A stretch of 64,000 nucleotides of DNA from Eledone cirrhosa (taxonomy: Eukaryota). Within the stretch, counting starts at the first letter, position 1. The number at the start of each line of letters is the position of its first letter. The notes under the pieces were generated by a model. That model saw only the letters and a program-made list of their open reading frames with translations, did not search any database and was not told the DNA's origin. Shown here piece by piece: positions 26,169 to 38,899 of the stretch. A program made the position numbers and the translations under genes. The DNA lies in the NCBI GenBank assembly GCA_964016885.1, contig OZ024740.1, positions 99,634,001 to 99,698,000 on the forward strand, read 5' to 3'.

Positions 26169-27299
26169 ATATATATATATTTTCCTATAGATATATATAT
26201 ACATATACATCTATGTATATGTATATATAATATATATTCATATACAAGTATGTATATATATATATATATAAATATATGTACATATACATGTATGTATATA
26301 TATATATACATAGACATATATATATATATACATTCATATAAGCAAAACTAAACAAATTATGTGAAATTTGTATAAACAATCATTAAAAGTTGTAACAGTT
26401 AAACAACAATATCACAACCACCACCGACACAGACAACATCATCAATAATAATAATAATAATAATAATGAAAATAATAATAATAACAACACCAGCAACAAC
26501 AATAATATAATAAATCCCTTGGTTTTGAATAAAAGACACTTGAAGTAAACATAGCAAATATAAATGGTTTCTAAATTCAGAAAGACTTAAAGTAGCATAA
26601 AAATATATAACCATAAAAAATATTGACCTCTTGATACCTTAAGTAAATCTATTCTTTTAAAACAACGTTTTCATGGTGATCTGATATTTTTAGTTGCATT
26701 TGACACATCAAGTTGGGCACATTTAGCAGAAAGATATATTGAAATAATACTAGTAGCATACTTGAGTTATTTCAGGTGAAAGGGAAAAAAAAACAGGAAA
26801 TAGAACAGGTAATATATGATGTATGTATAAATTTGTGGAATGGAATGGGACATCCATCAGTTTCAATGATGATTGTTGTAGGTGTCCAATCAATGGAACA
26901 GCCTGCTTGTGTAATTAATGTGGAACAAACAAATGAATATAATTCTCAGGGATATTCAAAATAACACAGTGTGTCACATGGATGGCTCTCTGAATTTCAG
27001 TTAGAATCTATTGGCCAGGCTTCCGTTCAGTTTCTGTCTGCCAAATTTCACCCACAAAGCATAGGGCAACCTGTAGCTATTGTAAATGGCCAAATGGTTA
27101 AGAAGTTTGCTTCACAATCAGAAGTTCCCAGGTTCAATCATACTGCATAGCATTTTCGGAATGTATCATTTAGTTTTAAGATGGTAGAAAAGATAAATAG
27201 CTAGATACTGGAATTACACTGTTGTTATTTTTTTAGTGGGAAATAGCTTATCCAATAGTTACTTTGGTAGTTTTATCCTCCAACAATAAAGAATACAAT

Positions 27300-27695
27300 T
27301 GTGAATACAAGCTGCTGAAATGGGGTTCCTCTGAAGGGTCTTTGGAGTAATGTTACTCGATAGAGTGTGTAGCTTGGAGATTAGAGATTTGCTCTAGCCA
27401 GAGCCACTACTCTGAATTGAGAGATCACAGCTTCGATACTATGGGGATGTGATTAGAATGTCTCATGAAAGAATCGCTGGACAGATTTTAGGGGCAAAAC
27501 AAATCAGTAGGAGACCTATGGGTACACCCTGAGCAAGAAGGATGGATAACATCCATGAGCTTGGCTGGTCTCACTTGGGGATCCAGCTGAATTATTTGGA
27601 GATGCTTGCTTCTGACAGGACCTGCTAGAAGAAGTGTTTGAGGACTCTTCCCCCATGATCCTCTCAAGAATAAGTGGGTGAATAAGAGCAACAAC
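27300..27695 (+). mobile_element. Old RTE-X/Expander-like LINE C-terminal remnant
   Basis: QLRYYGDVIRMSHERIAGQILGAKQISRRPMGTP...DNIHELGWSHLGI. Confidence 0.6.
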
Positions 27696-27809
27696 TATTA
27701 AAACGATGAGTTCCTGTTGTTGTTCATTAGCTTCAGGTCAACTCTAATATAACTAACATGTTTTTATGTAAAAAAGAATTAGCTGAAGCTTAACTTTCTC
27801 ATAAATGCA

Positions 27810-27873
<64 letters not shown>

Positions 27874-27879
27874 GACACA

Positions 27880-28980
27880 TGGTGGGGGATAGCTTTTACA
27901 ACCTAGGTGATTGAATTAGTAGTTGGGGAGGATTCAATGAAACTATAATAGCTAGGATGAAAATAGGCTAGAAGTTTGCTAACAACATAATGCTTTTCTC
28001 TCAGCAGAGTGAAGGGTAGACTGCATGATACCTGTGTAACGAACCACTATATTACATGGCAGTGAAACATGAGCTTTGATTGCAGAGGACTTGCAGAGGC
28101 TAGAAAGAAATAAGTCGAGAATGCTCTGATGAATGTGAAATGTTAGTGTGCATCAGTGACATAGCATAAACAAACTAAGGGAAAACCTTGGCATAAAAGG
28201 AATTGGTTGTAGCATGCAAGAAAGAAGACTGCATTGCTATGGCCATGTAGTGCGCATGGAAGATGGTAGCTGCATAAAGAAATTCAGAAAGTCCCCAGTG
28301 GCAAGGACATATGGAAGAGGCAGACTTATGGAAGACATGGGATGAGGTTGTAAGGACTGACCTTAGAAAGCTAAACGTTACGACAGAAATTAGTAAAGAC
28401 CGTTATGGCTGCTGCTATGTAGTGCTGAAGAAGACCCAACCAGCAACTTAAAATGTGACCTCACCCCCTCCCCTTTCATTAGCACTCCCTAACAGTTATT
28501 TTAAACTCACTACCTCAGACCCACTCCCACACACAAGCTTTTCTGGCAGCCCCCACCCCACACACTGTGAAAGGATTGGTGATATGAATGGCTTCCAGCC
28601 ATGAAGAGCTTAGCAAACAAACAAACAAAGGGTTGGGAGGAACTTTCATTCATGTCAAGGGTAGGACAATCTCCTGAGTGTTGGTGATTTACATGCTAAA
28701 CACACCCAGTAAATGTTGTAAAGTGATTGATGATGGGAGGGGCATCCAACCATAGAAAACTTGTCAGACAAAGGGTTGGGTGAACCCTCAGTTGTGTCAA
28801 AGGCATGACAACCTCACCTGCACACTCGATGGAACATGAGACCGTACATAAGCATGGCCCAGATCTCTGGCTTGCTTCTAAGATCAGTGGCTCAGCTTCA
28901 GTATGGACTTGGTCGATATAGAACTGTCCAACCCTTGCTAGCAGGGAAAGCAGATGTTAAAATGATAATGATGATGATCA
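27880..28980 (+). mobile_element. Degenerate RTE LINE 3' portion
   Basis: DSFYNLGD, LLHGSET*AL..EDLQRLERN, LREN LGIKGI, QERRLHCYGHV and a (GAT)n tail. Confidence 0.85.
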
Positions 28981-29001
28981 TCATATATATACACATATAT
29001 A

Positions 29002-29196
29002 TAGAAATAGAAGCTTTCACCCTATTTTTTTACTAAAGAAATTTTAGCCTGATAGTGGGATTTAGAACCCTCTAAGAAATGGGAAAAATTAGTATCAACG
29101 CACTACTCATCTTTTTCCATTTCTCAGAGGGTTCTAAACCCCACTATAAGGCTAACATTTCTTTAGTAAAAAAATAGAGCAAACGCTTCTATTTTT
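29002..29196. repeat. ~195-bp imperfect palindrome (fold-back)
   Basis: ATAGAAGC...CTATTTTTTTACTAAAGAAAT.TTAGCCT.ATAGTGGG.TTTAGAACCCTCT.AGAAATGG is mirrored on the right, with the centre near 29098. Confidence 0.9.
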
Positions 29197-29607
29197 AATT
29201 TCAAACTCACTTGCTGTTTCAAAACATACTTACTTGTCATGTATATGGAGTGAACCATAAGGAATCAATATTGCCAGTTACTAATATTTTCACGTCTGGT
29301 GTGTTTATGTTATTACAGAAATATAGAAGTGATGTTGTTAAATAAAAGATGACATAAGTGACACATAATAACACAGAGAATATACAACAAATTAAGCAGA
29401 TAGAATATATTTCTTAAATCATTTTATACCTCTACATATGTTTCAGTTCAAATAATTTAATTAATACTTATCTTATTACAACATAGAAAAAAAATGGAAA
29501 AAATATTGAGAATAAAGTATTCTCTTTTACTCTTTTACCTGTTCCAGCCATCCAGGTGAGGCAATATAAATGGTTATATAATGACTTGTAAACAACAAGC
29601 CCCAAAG

Positions 29608-29790
29608 AATAATAATTGTTTCTATTTTTGGCACAAGGCCAGCAATTATCCCAGTGTATTACTTGTGCTTTATTTTATCTACCCCGTAAGGATGACAGGC
29701 AAAGTTAACCTCGGCGGTATTTGAACTCAGATCATAAAGGGCCATAACTCTATGCTGCAAAGCATGGTGTCCGACCCTCTACCAATAGAT
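29608..29790 (-). mobile_element. Nin/Deu-domain-like tRNA SINE
   Basis: Minus strand has B box GAGTTCAAATACC, then GAGGTTAACTTTGCCTGTCATCCTTACGGGGTAGATAAAAT (Nin/Deu-like core) and an (ATT)n tail. Near-identical copy at 63475-63650 and tail fragment at 8915-8970. Confidence 0.75.
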
Positions 29791-29970
29791 TACATGTTTA
29801 CCAGATCATTGTTTTATCCTTTATATTGCTTTGTTTATACACAATATATCTTTTTTTCTTATTTTTCACTTCATAGTAATAACATAAGTATTAATTAAAT
29901 AACTTGTATTGAATCATATATAAGGATATTAATGGATTTAAATGTATTATATCATCTTAATTTGTTACCT

Positions 29971-30007
<37 letters not shown>

Positions 30008-30704
30008 CAAGTGTGTATGTATGTATGTATAAATATGTACAGAATATATAGAGATATAAATTTATCGTATATATGTGTGTGCGTGTGTCTGGAGGACCTT
30101 TCAAATGTTTCAAAGACATAACGATCTCCCTGGTGCAAGTGTCATCATAAAATACACTCGATAGAACGCGGAATTGTATATAAGTGAGATGCAGGCCCCC
30201 AGCCTGTCAGAGAGGTCAGTAGCCTATCTGACCTGTCCAACCCTTGCTATCATGGAAAACAGACATGAAATGATGATTATATATATATATAGATTCATGT
30301 ATATATATATGTAAATTTATATCTACATGTTTATGTGCATATATATGCATACAAACATGCACACATACCACACACACATACATAATATATATATATATAT
30401 ATATGTGTGTGTGCGTGTGTGTGTGTGTTATGTATGTGTGCATGTCTGTATGCATGTGTGTTCCTATTTATACACAAACCATCTGACAGAAGAATGGGAA
30501 ACTAACTCCACATAGAATTTATCACAACACAATTAGGTAGTGTCATAGATTACAGGTTCATTAAGAGCAGACAAACAGTGTAAAATAACTCATTTCCAAT
30601 ACTAACCAGCATCTAGCAATGGAAAGACAGTAAATTCCTTGATGCTTCAAACATTGAGAAGGTAGAAATGTCAAGTAGCTTAGCATATGACCAGAAACAA
30701 AGCC

Positions 30705-30707
<3 letters not shown>

Positions 30708-30761
<54 letters not shown>
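30708..30761. repeat. (CT)n microsatellite
   Basis: Read directly from the sequence. Confidence 0.98.
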
Positions 30762-30768
<7 letters not shown>

Positions 30769-31599
30769 TTCTCACTTTTGCTTACTCTCCTTTAAATTTT
30801 TCCCACAAGTGTTCTTACTCTTTATTTTATTTGTTATAGTTCAAAGATGAAACAGTCCTCTCAATGTTTATGTGTTTTAAGCTTCTTGTGCTTAATCTTG
30901 TCAGCAGTGTGTGTGAGTGGTGAGCTGTTAATTGTTATTGAACACTTTTGGTTCCAGAAGCCTAGCTAGAATATAAAACTGTTTGTGCTTTAAATATAAT
31001 ATTATTTTCGAAGGAGAAGCTGAAGAAATGGATTATCATCTGACTTATCTAATCTGAACTCAGTCACCTGCAGGACAAGTGAAATTAATAAAATAAGGAA
31101 ACAAGATAAATATACAAAGAAATAAGAAAGAAAGCCATTGAAAATAGTTTGAAAGCAATTAACCTATTTTTTCTCTCCCTATCTCTAAAGATAGGAAGAT
31201 AATTCTTCATGTTCTTTCTGTAGGCAAGTAAAGAGGAATATGTAAACTTTGTTTCAAATTCATTCACTGAACTTGGGGAAACTTTTCTATAGACCTGCTT
31301 TATTTCATGAAGAGGATTTCATATATCTGTCACAGTACTTACTACATCACGTGTATGTGACCAAATATTTCTTGTAAGCTTTTATCCCATACTCTTGTTG
31401 AATGATTAGAAAGTTGGTGAACTTCAGGTTAAGCAAGGTAACCCTTTCATTACCATATTTTTAATGAATCATACTACCTATAATGTAGTAATATAACTAA
31501 TTTTCTCCTTACTTAATTAACATTTAGAATATAACTTTAAAAAATATACTTACAAAACAATGCAAGCTTTAATTTAAACATAAACATCTTAAATCAATA

Positions 31600-32140
31600 G
31601 GGTTTACATCGTAGAACTAGGAGCAATTTCAAGCAGGTTGGTATAAAAAATAATTATATACATTCTCTTAAAAATATGACTGAAGAAGGGAAAGATATAG
31701 AGGGAGGTAATGAAGGCTGATAGCAAAAGCCTAAACCTTGTGAAGAGGAAGAGAAGGAATTGGAACAAGTGGTAAGACTGTATTGAAGAGAAGCCAACCA
31801 ATCATGAATCAAGTAGGAAAATCGAATACATGATAATGATGATAATGGCCATATTGATAATGATAATTATGATGTTGATAATGGAAACAGAGTGCTAGAT
31901 GAATGCTATGAAGAGAAATAGAATTAAATGGCTGGGACATGTGTAGAGGAAGGATGATATTAACTGGGTAAGAGGTAAGAGTGATGGCAATGAATGTGAA
32001 AAGAAGTAGTTGACAAGGAAGAGCAAGAAGGCCATAGCTGAACATGATGGAGGAGAAAATGAAAACCAGGGTTGTGATAGGGAGAGATGCAAGGGGTAGG
32101 GAATAATACAGAAACTTGAATTAAAGCCTGCAAGGCTAAC
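31600..32140 (+). mobile_element. Ancient RTE-like LINE remnant
   Basis: AMKRNRIKWLGHV*RKDDINWV...GRARRP resembles the RTE C-terminus. Confidence 0.5.
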
Positions 32141-34131
32141 CCCTACTTTACCAGAGAAAATGGCTTTAAATTGCTAGTTGTTATTGTTGCTTTCTCAGAG
32201 AGGAGAAAATAAAAGATGAATGATTTAGAAAAAATAGCATTTCAGCTGTTTATAAAGATAGCAAATGATATTTAAATTAATTTCAAAGTAGACAAATATT
32301 CATCTATCAAATACAACTGAAATACTTTATTAATATAGTGGACGACATTGTAATGCACTGTTTTGCTTTGAAGGATGAGTTACAATATTTACAGCATGAC
32401 AGAAGAAGATGATGGTGTTCAACTTTAACATATGTGTCTATTAATTTGCATCTAGAAAGATTAGATTCTTGCTAAAAAAAATCATGTATTTAAAACTATT
32501 GTAACAATTCATTTTAGCAATTAGGTATTAAGAATGCCAAAGAAATTTCCTTCACCACCTGCACAACTGTTTAAAACTCTAACTTTCCCCTCTTCCTCCT
32601 TTCTGCATCCAGCCTGCACTCCACCTGTCATACCTTCTCTTTTCTAAGATATGGTTCTCTAGTCATGATAATTTCTCAGCTGCTGCCTTCATCACCATCT
32701 CATCCTATGAGGTTTCCATTTCCACAACCTACTAGTCCCTCGCCATTGAGCCTATCCTCACTCATTCCTCCAAATTTCTCATGTGCACCACCCTTCGATC
32801 TACCCTCTCCCAGATCCACATTGTAGACTGACATCTCCCTCAAACCTTTCTCCTTCTTTATTCCTCCTGTCACCCTTTCCTAGCACATTCCATATTACTT
32901 TTCATACAAAATCTCAACCAACAACTCTTCCAAATCCTAACATCCTCTAAACTCCATAAGTTACATTCTCTCCTTCCTTCCACCCACAAACTCACAACAC
33001 TCTTTCATCTCCACATCTTTCAACTTCTAACCCTATTCCTCAACAGTCTCCCCCACCCACATCTGACACTTTTCCGATTACCCACTCCTCGTTCAACCCT
33101 CCCACACCCATCCACACTTCTGCTGTCTGGTTCTGAGCATTCACTCCTCAGTAGATGTGTAGATGTCTGTGTTTCATACCACTATCAACTTGTGCCAACG
33201 AATTTCAGACCCACATGGACATTGAACTATTCCTGCACAGCACCAAATTGCATGCACATTTTCATACAACCTTCCAGCTCTGAACCCCTCTAGATACCTT
33301 GATGATAGGGTTCAGTGACCATCTTACTGGACGCCACCTCCCAGACAATTCACTGCCCTGGATATGTTCTTTGATGCCTGCCATCACTCTGTGAATAGCT
33401 TCAATTTCCATAAATGGTACAAATGATGGAACATCTCCCAGGCCAAACTGCCGCCCTCTGTTCCCTCTAAGATAGTGATGGCATCATCATTAAGCCGGCT
33501 GACAGGGGTGGTGCTGTGGTCATGTGGTGCGCAGACCTCTACAAAATGGAGGCATTTCACCAACTTCAGAACCCCCTCTTCTTCTGCCACCTTGTTACGG
33601 ATCACACTCCTCAAAACCAGCAACAGGTAAAATCTACTATATGCCAGCTCGCTGCTTTCTTTCTTCAACCCCACTGGGCTACCGACCTTATTGTCCTCCT
33701 CAAATTAAACAAGTCCGACAATCCTGGCGACCCCATCATCTCAGCCTGTAATTGCCCCACTGATCTTGTTTCAGCTTTTCTTGATTCTGTATTCTTCTCT
33801 CTAGTAGCCACCCTAACGTCTCACATATCCAACACAAACCATGCCCTCTGCCACTTCGATTCCTTCCTCTTCCCACCTGGCTACCTACCCTTACTCTTCA
33901 CCCTCGACATCAAATCCCTACACTGCCATCCCCCCATACCGAAGATCTCCTGGCCTTAAACTTCGCCTCTCCACTCAACCTTCCACCCCCACCCTTATTC
34001 ATTGTTGAACACCTTCAGGACATCCGGGTCGGCAAACCGACTCTGGTCTGCCAACATTTTTGATCCACCGGCCACTCCACACACACATTTAAACATACAC
34101 ATTCACTCACACATACCATACACACTTGCAC

Positions 34132-34605
34132 CTCTCTAAGACAATGTCACTGGACCGAGATCTTTGGCACTACACAGTAATACAGAAGACCAGCCTTGCC
34201 TATGTACAAAACAAAACCTAAAGGCACCTCTTAACCAACTATACACCCCAATCCACTACCCCTACCCTATCCTCCCACACCCACCAACACCACCCTCTCT
34301 CTGTAAATTTGATACCACAACATCCAGTCCAAATAAATGAGATAATGAGATCGAGATCGTTTAGGTGTCACGACAAAAAAAACACACCACGCTGTAATGT
34401 GGGCCGTGTAGGTAACACGGTAAAAAGTTCTCAGTTCTACACTGTAAATGTGGTTGGTGTTAGGAAGGGCATCCAGCCATAGAAAACCTGCCAGATAGTC
34501 CTATATAAGCGAGACACGGTCACCCGACCAACCTTGCCTCAAATGGGACAACTCCCGTCTAACCCATGCTAGCGTGGAAGGTGGACGTTAAACGATGATG
34601 ATGAC
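34132..34605 (+). mobile_element. RTE LINE 3' end
   Basis: Matches 4405-4866 and 45840-46280, with (GAT)n tail. Confidence 0.9.
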
Positions 34606-34729
34606 TACTACTCACACACTTCACTTTGCGCTCGAATAATGTTACCAAGACTACCAAATGGTTTATCTTGTTTACTTTTTTTTTATTTTTTATTTTTTAA
34701 ACTTGGACTACCTTTTATTTTCTGTATCT

Positions 34730-35066
34730 CATCATCATCATCATCACCGTTTTACGTCCGTTCTTCCACGTTAGCATGGGTTAGACGGGTTGTCCTATTG
34801 TGGGCAGTGTCCGGTCGGCTGACCTTGTCTTGCTCATACGGGTACTGATTCTGGCTTGATTTCTACAGCTGGATGCCCTTCCTAACACTAACCTCATTTA
34901 CAGTGAGTGCTGGGTTCTTTTTTGCTGTGGCGCCTACACGTCCACTTTACAGTGTGGGCTGGGTGCTTTTTTGCCGTGGCACCTCCACGACCACTTTGCA
35001 GTGGGAAGGTGAGGGGGCATATTGTCAATATGCTTCAGCTTCGGCTTGTACCCGTGGGGGGTCGGG
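34730..35066 (-). mobile_element. RTE LINE 3' end, very close to the 21602 element
   Basis: Near-identical to 21602-21930. Confidence 0.93.
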
Positions 35067-35215
35067 TCTATCCTTTGTAATCCTGTCTCTATTTTTGTAC
35101 TCCTGAAGAAGAGCTAAAGCCAAACACATCGAAATTTGTTTCCTCTTTTCAATATAAAGCATGAAACTAATAAGATTGGTTGCACCTGATTTTTGTTTCT
35201 TTGAACTTTATATAT

Positions 35216-36034
35216 ATGAAAAGTAATGTCATCATGTGAAATAATATTGGGGGAGTATATAACTGTGATTTCAGCTTTCTACAACCATTGTGTGTTCTTT
35301 GGTGTGCTTTTTTTTAACAGCTACCCAAGCGATGGGCACAGAGCAACAAACCAACCTGAAGTTTCTGGTTCACCTGGGAAAAACTCCATACTGCAGCACG
35401 TGTATGGAGATGAAACAATGTCACACGCATGGATTTTCAAGTGGGACAAAAGGTTTAAAGGAACATGAGGACATGGAAGATTACCTCAGAAGTGGGAGGC
35501 CTTCAGTGAGATGGACTGAGGCCAATGTTCAGGAACAGGCAGGTGGTGCATGGTTATCATCTGCTGACTGTTTGACTGCTCGCAAGTGAACTAGGCATGA
35601 ACCACAACAGCATTTCGAAGATTATCACCAAATATCTGGGTATGTGGAAAATCGTCAGCTCACAATGCCCTAAGCACCCTTCACTTCCTGGTGGAGAAGA
35701 ACATTGCCATACTGGAACAACCTCCTTATTCATTTGTTCTTGCTGTGTGTCACTTTTTTTTCTTTTCCCCAATCTCAACAAGGTCATCAAGACAAGCCAT
35801 TTTGTAGGTATGAAAGCCATTAAGTAAGCCATAAAAAACGAGCTAAGAGGCATCCCAGAAAAATCCTTCCAGCAGTGTATACAAGAATAGAAGAGAAAGA
35901 TGGAACAGTGCATTAGATTCGATGGGGATTAATTCAAAGGGAATTACTTTGAAGGGGAAACTATGTAGTTTTTTGTTTGGATTTGAAATAAATTGCTTGT
36001 GACAACAGTACCATTACTTTTCAGACAGATCTTG

Positions 36035-36036
<2 letters not shown>
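35216..36036 (+). mobile_element. Internally deleted mariner element, transposase pseudogene
   Basis: EQQTNLKFLVHLGKTP, VYGDETMSHAWIFKWDKRFK, RSGRPS and PPYSFVLAVCHFFLFPNL (YSPDLAP motif). TIR GAAAAGTAATG at 35218 mirrors CATTACTTTTCAGACAG at ~36012-36028. Confidence 0.88.
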
Positions 36037-36120
<84 letters not shown>

Positions 36121-36183
36121 TATATACATATATACACACATATATATATATATATACACATATATATATACATATATACATGT

Positions 36184-36232
36184 GTACTTTGGTGCGTTAT
36201 GGTCCACCTGGTTCCTTACCACATTTCCTTCG

Positions 36233-36235
<3 letters not shown>
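36184..36235 (+). repeat. Copy of the GGTGCGTTATGGTCCA.CTGGTTCCTTACCACA terminal repeat
   Basis: Matches 40400-40450, 63848-63899 and the reverse complement of 26026-26080. Confidence 0.85.
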
Positions 36236-36293
<58 letters not shown>

Positions 36294-36304
36294 CATATCC
36301 CTCC

Positions 36305-36588
36305 CCACACCACACTGCAAAGTGGTCATGGAGGTGTCACGGCAAAAAAGCACCCAGCTCACACTGTAAAGTAGACGTGTAGGCGCCATGGAAAAAAAGT
36401 ACCCAGCTATCACTGTAAATGTGGTTGGTGTTAGGAAGGGCATCCATCTGTAGAAATCAAGCTAGAATCAGTTCCTGCATGAGCAAGACAAGGTCAGCCG
36501 ACCGGACACTGCCCACAGCAGGACAACCTGTCTAACCCATGCTAGCATGGAAGAATGGACGTAAAACGGTGATGATGATGATGATGAT
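36305..36588 (+). mobile_element. RTE LINE 3' UTR copy
   Basis: Reverse complement of 21602-21876, with (GAT)n tail. Confidence 0.92.
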
Positions 36589-36696
36589 TCATAAACTATG
36601 AAATATAACACTTGTTTCACCATTGAATGAGATTATCTCGTTCAGCCTATTATCTTTTCAGCTGATCCCTGCATATATGTGTGTGTGTGTGTCTCA

Positions 36697-37110
36697 TGAT
36701 CATCACCGTTTAACGTCTATTTTTTCCATGCTTACCTGGATTAGATGGGTCACCCATGTCCTGAGACAAGTCTGGCTAGTTGGCCACACCATACCTTGCT
36801 CAGGTGAAACTGTATTTTGGCTGGGATTTTTACAGCTGGATGCTTTTCGTTATACCAAGTTCATCCATGCTTTGCTGTTCATGCACATTAAAATTGTACA
36901 TCAAATGGAGCATGCTTGCTTCATATCTCTCTAGCCTTTACACTCCCTCTGCATTCTTTGCCCATATCTCTCTGTCATGCAACATCATACTTTTCACATA
37001 GGCATCTTTCAGCTGGCTTTTCTTTCATAGAGAAAAAATATATTTTTGTCAACCGAGTCAGTAGCTGCTGGAACATTTTGCATCTTGTTCTTATCCTCAC
37101 TACTAATTTG
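36697..37110 (-). mobile_element. Older RTE 3' fragment with internal deletion
   Basis: Tail motif CACCGTTTAACGTC...TACAGCTGGATGC joined to a degenerate ...EASMLHLMYNFNVHEQQSMDELG coding segment. Confidence 0.7.
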
Positions 37111-37370
37111 ATCAGCAAAAGAAGTATTTTATGGAAACTTCTTGGGATTAGATAAAGCTCATATTACTGATGCTTTAACTACCAACTATCCTTGTACATC
37201 TACCATATAAGAAGTCTACCTTTTCTGTTAGTCTGCTAGCTTTCTCATAACATCTCTTGTGTACCAAAGATTTACATTGTGCTCATTGTATACAGTTTCT
37301 GCCTACTTTTCTACATATCGAGCAAGGCCACTTATTTCACGGGATCAGTGTCATGCTTTCATTACATACA

Positions 37371-37674
37371 TGAGTAAACTGGAGCAATGTGAAATAAAGT
37401 GTCTTGCTCAAGGAAACAACGCATCACCTGGTCTGAGAATTGAACTCACAGTTTACTCAGCTGTAGAAATGAGATGATAGGGACTAGGGTCCATATCATT
37501 CCACTGCAAAGTGGTCGTGGAGGTGTTACAGCAAAAAAGCTCCCAGCACTCACTGTAAATGAGATTGGTGTTAGGAAGGGCATCCAGTTGTAGAAATCAA
37601 GCCAGAATCAGTTCCCGTCCCACCCTTGCAAGCAGGGAAAAAGCAGACGTAAAATGAAATGATAATGATGATGA
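37371..37674 (+). mobile_element. CORE-type SINE copy with inverted 5' segment
   Basis: 37371-37450 is the reverse complement of the B box/CORE part. 37451-37674 is the rest in plus orientation. Compare 25543-25931. Confidence 0.85.
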
Positions 37675-37689
37675 TATATATATATATTA

Positions 37690-38878
37690 CTCCCCACAGC
37701 CACCAACCTTTTGTATGCACCCTTCACACACCCAAAATCTACTTCCTCCCCAAAATACACAAACAAAATAATCCTGGCCGTCCTATCGTTTCTGCGCGCA
37801 ACTGCCCCACCGAGATAATTTCTGAATATTTAGACAACCTACTCGCCCCATTGGTCGGCAATCTCCCTTCCAACATCCATGATACAAATCATGGCCTTAG
37901 ACTCTACAACTCTTTCTCCTTCCCTCCTGGTTCCTCCTGCTCCCTCCCGCCTTCTCTTTACCCTGGACATTACTGCTCTCTATACTGTCACCCTCATGAT
38001 GACGGCCTCCGTGCATTCCAGCATTTTTTAGATTTACGCCCTAACCCTTACCTCAGCACTACCACTCTTCTCCGTATGGCTGAGCTTGTTCTCACCTTTA
38101 ATGGATTTTCTTTTTCGGGTGAATTTTACCAGCAGGTCTCTGGGGTAGCGATGGGAACCAGAATGGGATCAAACAATGCCAACTTGTTTGTTGGCTACGT
38201 CGAAGCCCAGATCTTCTCCCAGTACGCTGGACCGACTCCTGAGCTATACGGTCATTATATCGACGCCACCTCTCTATCACGAGAACAGCTCGACTGTTTT
38301 CTTTCTTTTGTCCAATCTTCCCATCCTACTCTCAATTTCATCGCCTCCATCTCCGATTCTTCTGTCGCTTTTCTAGATATCTCTCTATCTATTAATCACT
38401 CTCACCACACACTCTCTACTTCCATCTTCATTAAACCAACAGACTCCCAATCTTATCTCGACTTCATCTCCTCCCATCCAACCCACATCAAACACTCCAT
38501 ACCCTATTCCCAATTCCTCCATCTTCGTCGACTCTGTAGCCAGGACGACAATTTCGAAACCCATTCCCTTCACATGGCTTCTTCCTTCATCCAGTGTGGA
38601 AACCCCACCACCTTGATCCAAGATGCTCTCACCCGCGCTCGTGAAACAGACCGCATCACAGCCCTCTCACCTCACTCCCGCCCTCCCAACACCCGACATT
38701 TTTTCCAATTCCATCCCGCCTGTCCCCTCAATCTATTTTATTTCTGATTCTTTCTTCTGATCAAGGACAAGCGTCCGAAAAGTTAAGACCATCTTCCTGC
38801 TATATCAAGCGTTAACCTAATATATACTTTCCATATACTGTACCGATTGTGTTGTTATTTCTGTTTTCCTTTTACATA
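37690..38878 (+). mobile_element. 5'-truncated Penelope-like element: RT and thumb joined directly to the pLTR, GIY-YIG deleted
   Basis: IYFLPKIHKQNNPGRPIVS, YQQVSGVAMGTRMG, VAFLDISL, KPTDSQSYLDFISSHP, IPYSQFLHLRRLCS. The catalytic YIDD is reduced to YIDA, and a locally frameshifted stretch replaces LDITALYT. Hammerhead TCTT-CTGATCA-AGGAC-AAGC-GTCC-GAAA-AGTT-AAGA at 38753-38788. Confidence 0.92.
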
Positions 38879-38899
38879 TATATATATATGTGTGTGTGG

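Larger units (their letters stand above)
32510..35210 (+). mobile_element. Decayed Penelope-like element, internally deleted and interrupted by two RTE tails
   Basis: N-terminal SHDNFLSCCL, IIIKPADRGGAVVMW, DNPGDPIISACNCPTDLVSAFLD, LFTLDIKSL and GIY-YIG piece EHLQDIRVGKPTLVCQHF. Eroded hammerhead CTGAAGAAGAGCTAAAGC-CAAACACATC at ~35103-35130. Confidence 0.8.

Noticed and set aside
31291-31373. AG...GTAAG-bounded open segment (PALFHEEDFIYLSQY...)
   Set aside because: Such short candidates arise by chance, and there is no supporting similarity or partner exon.
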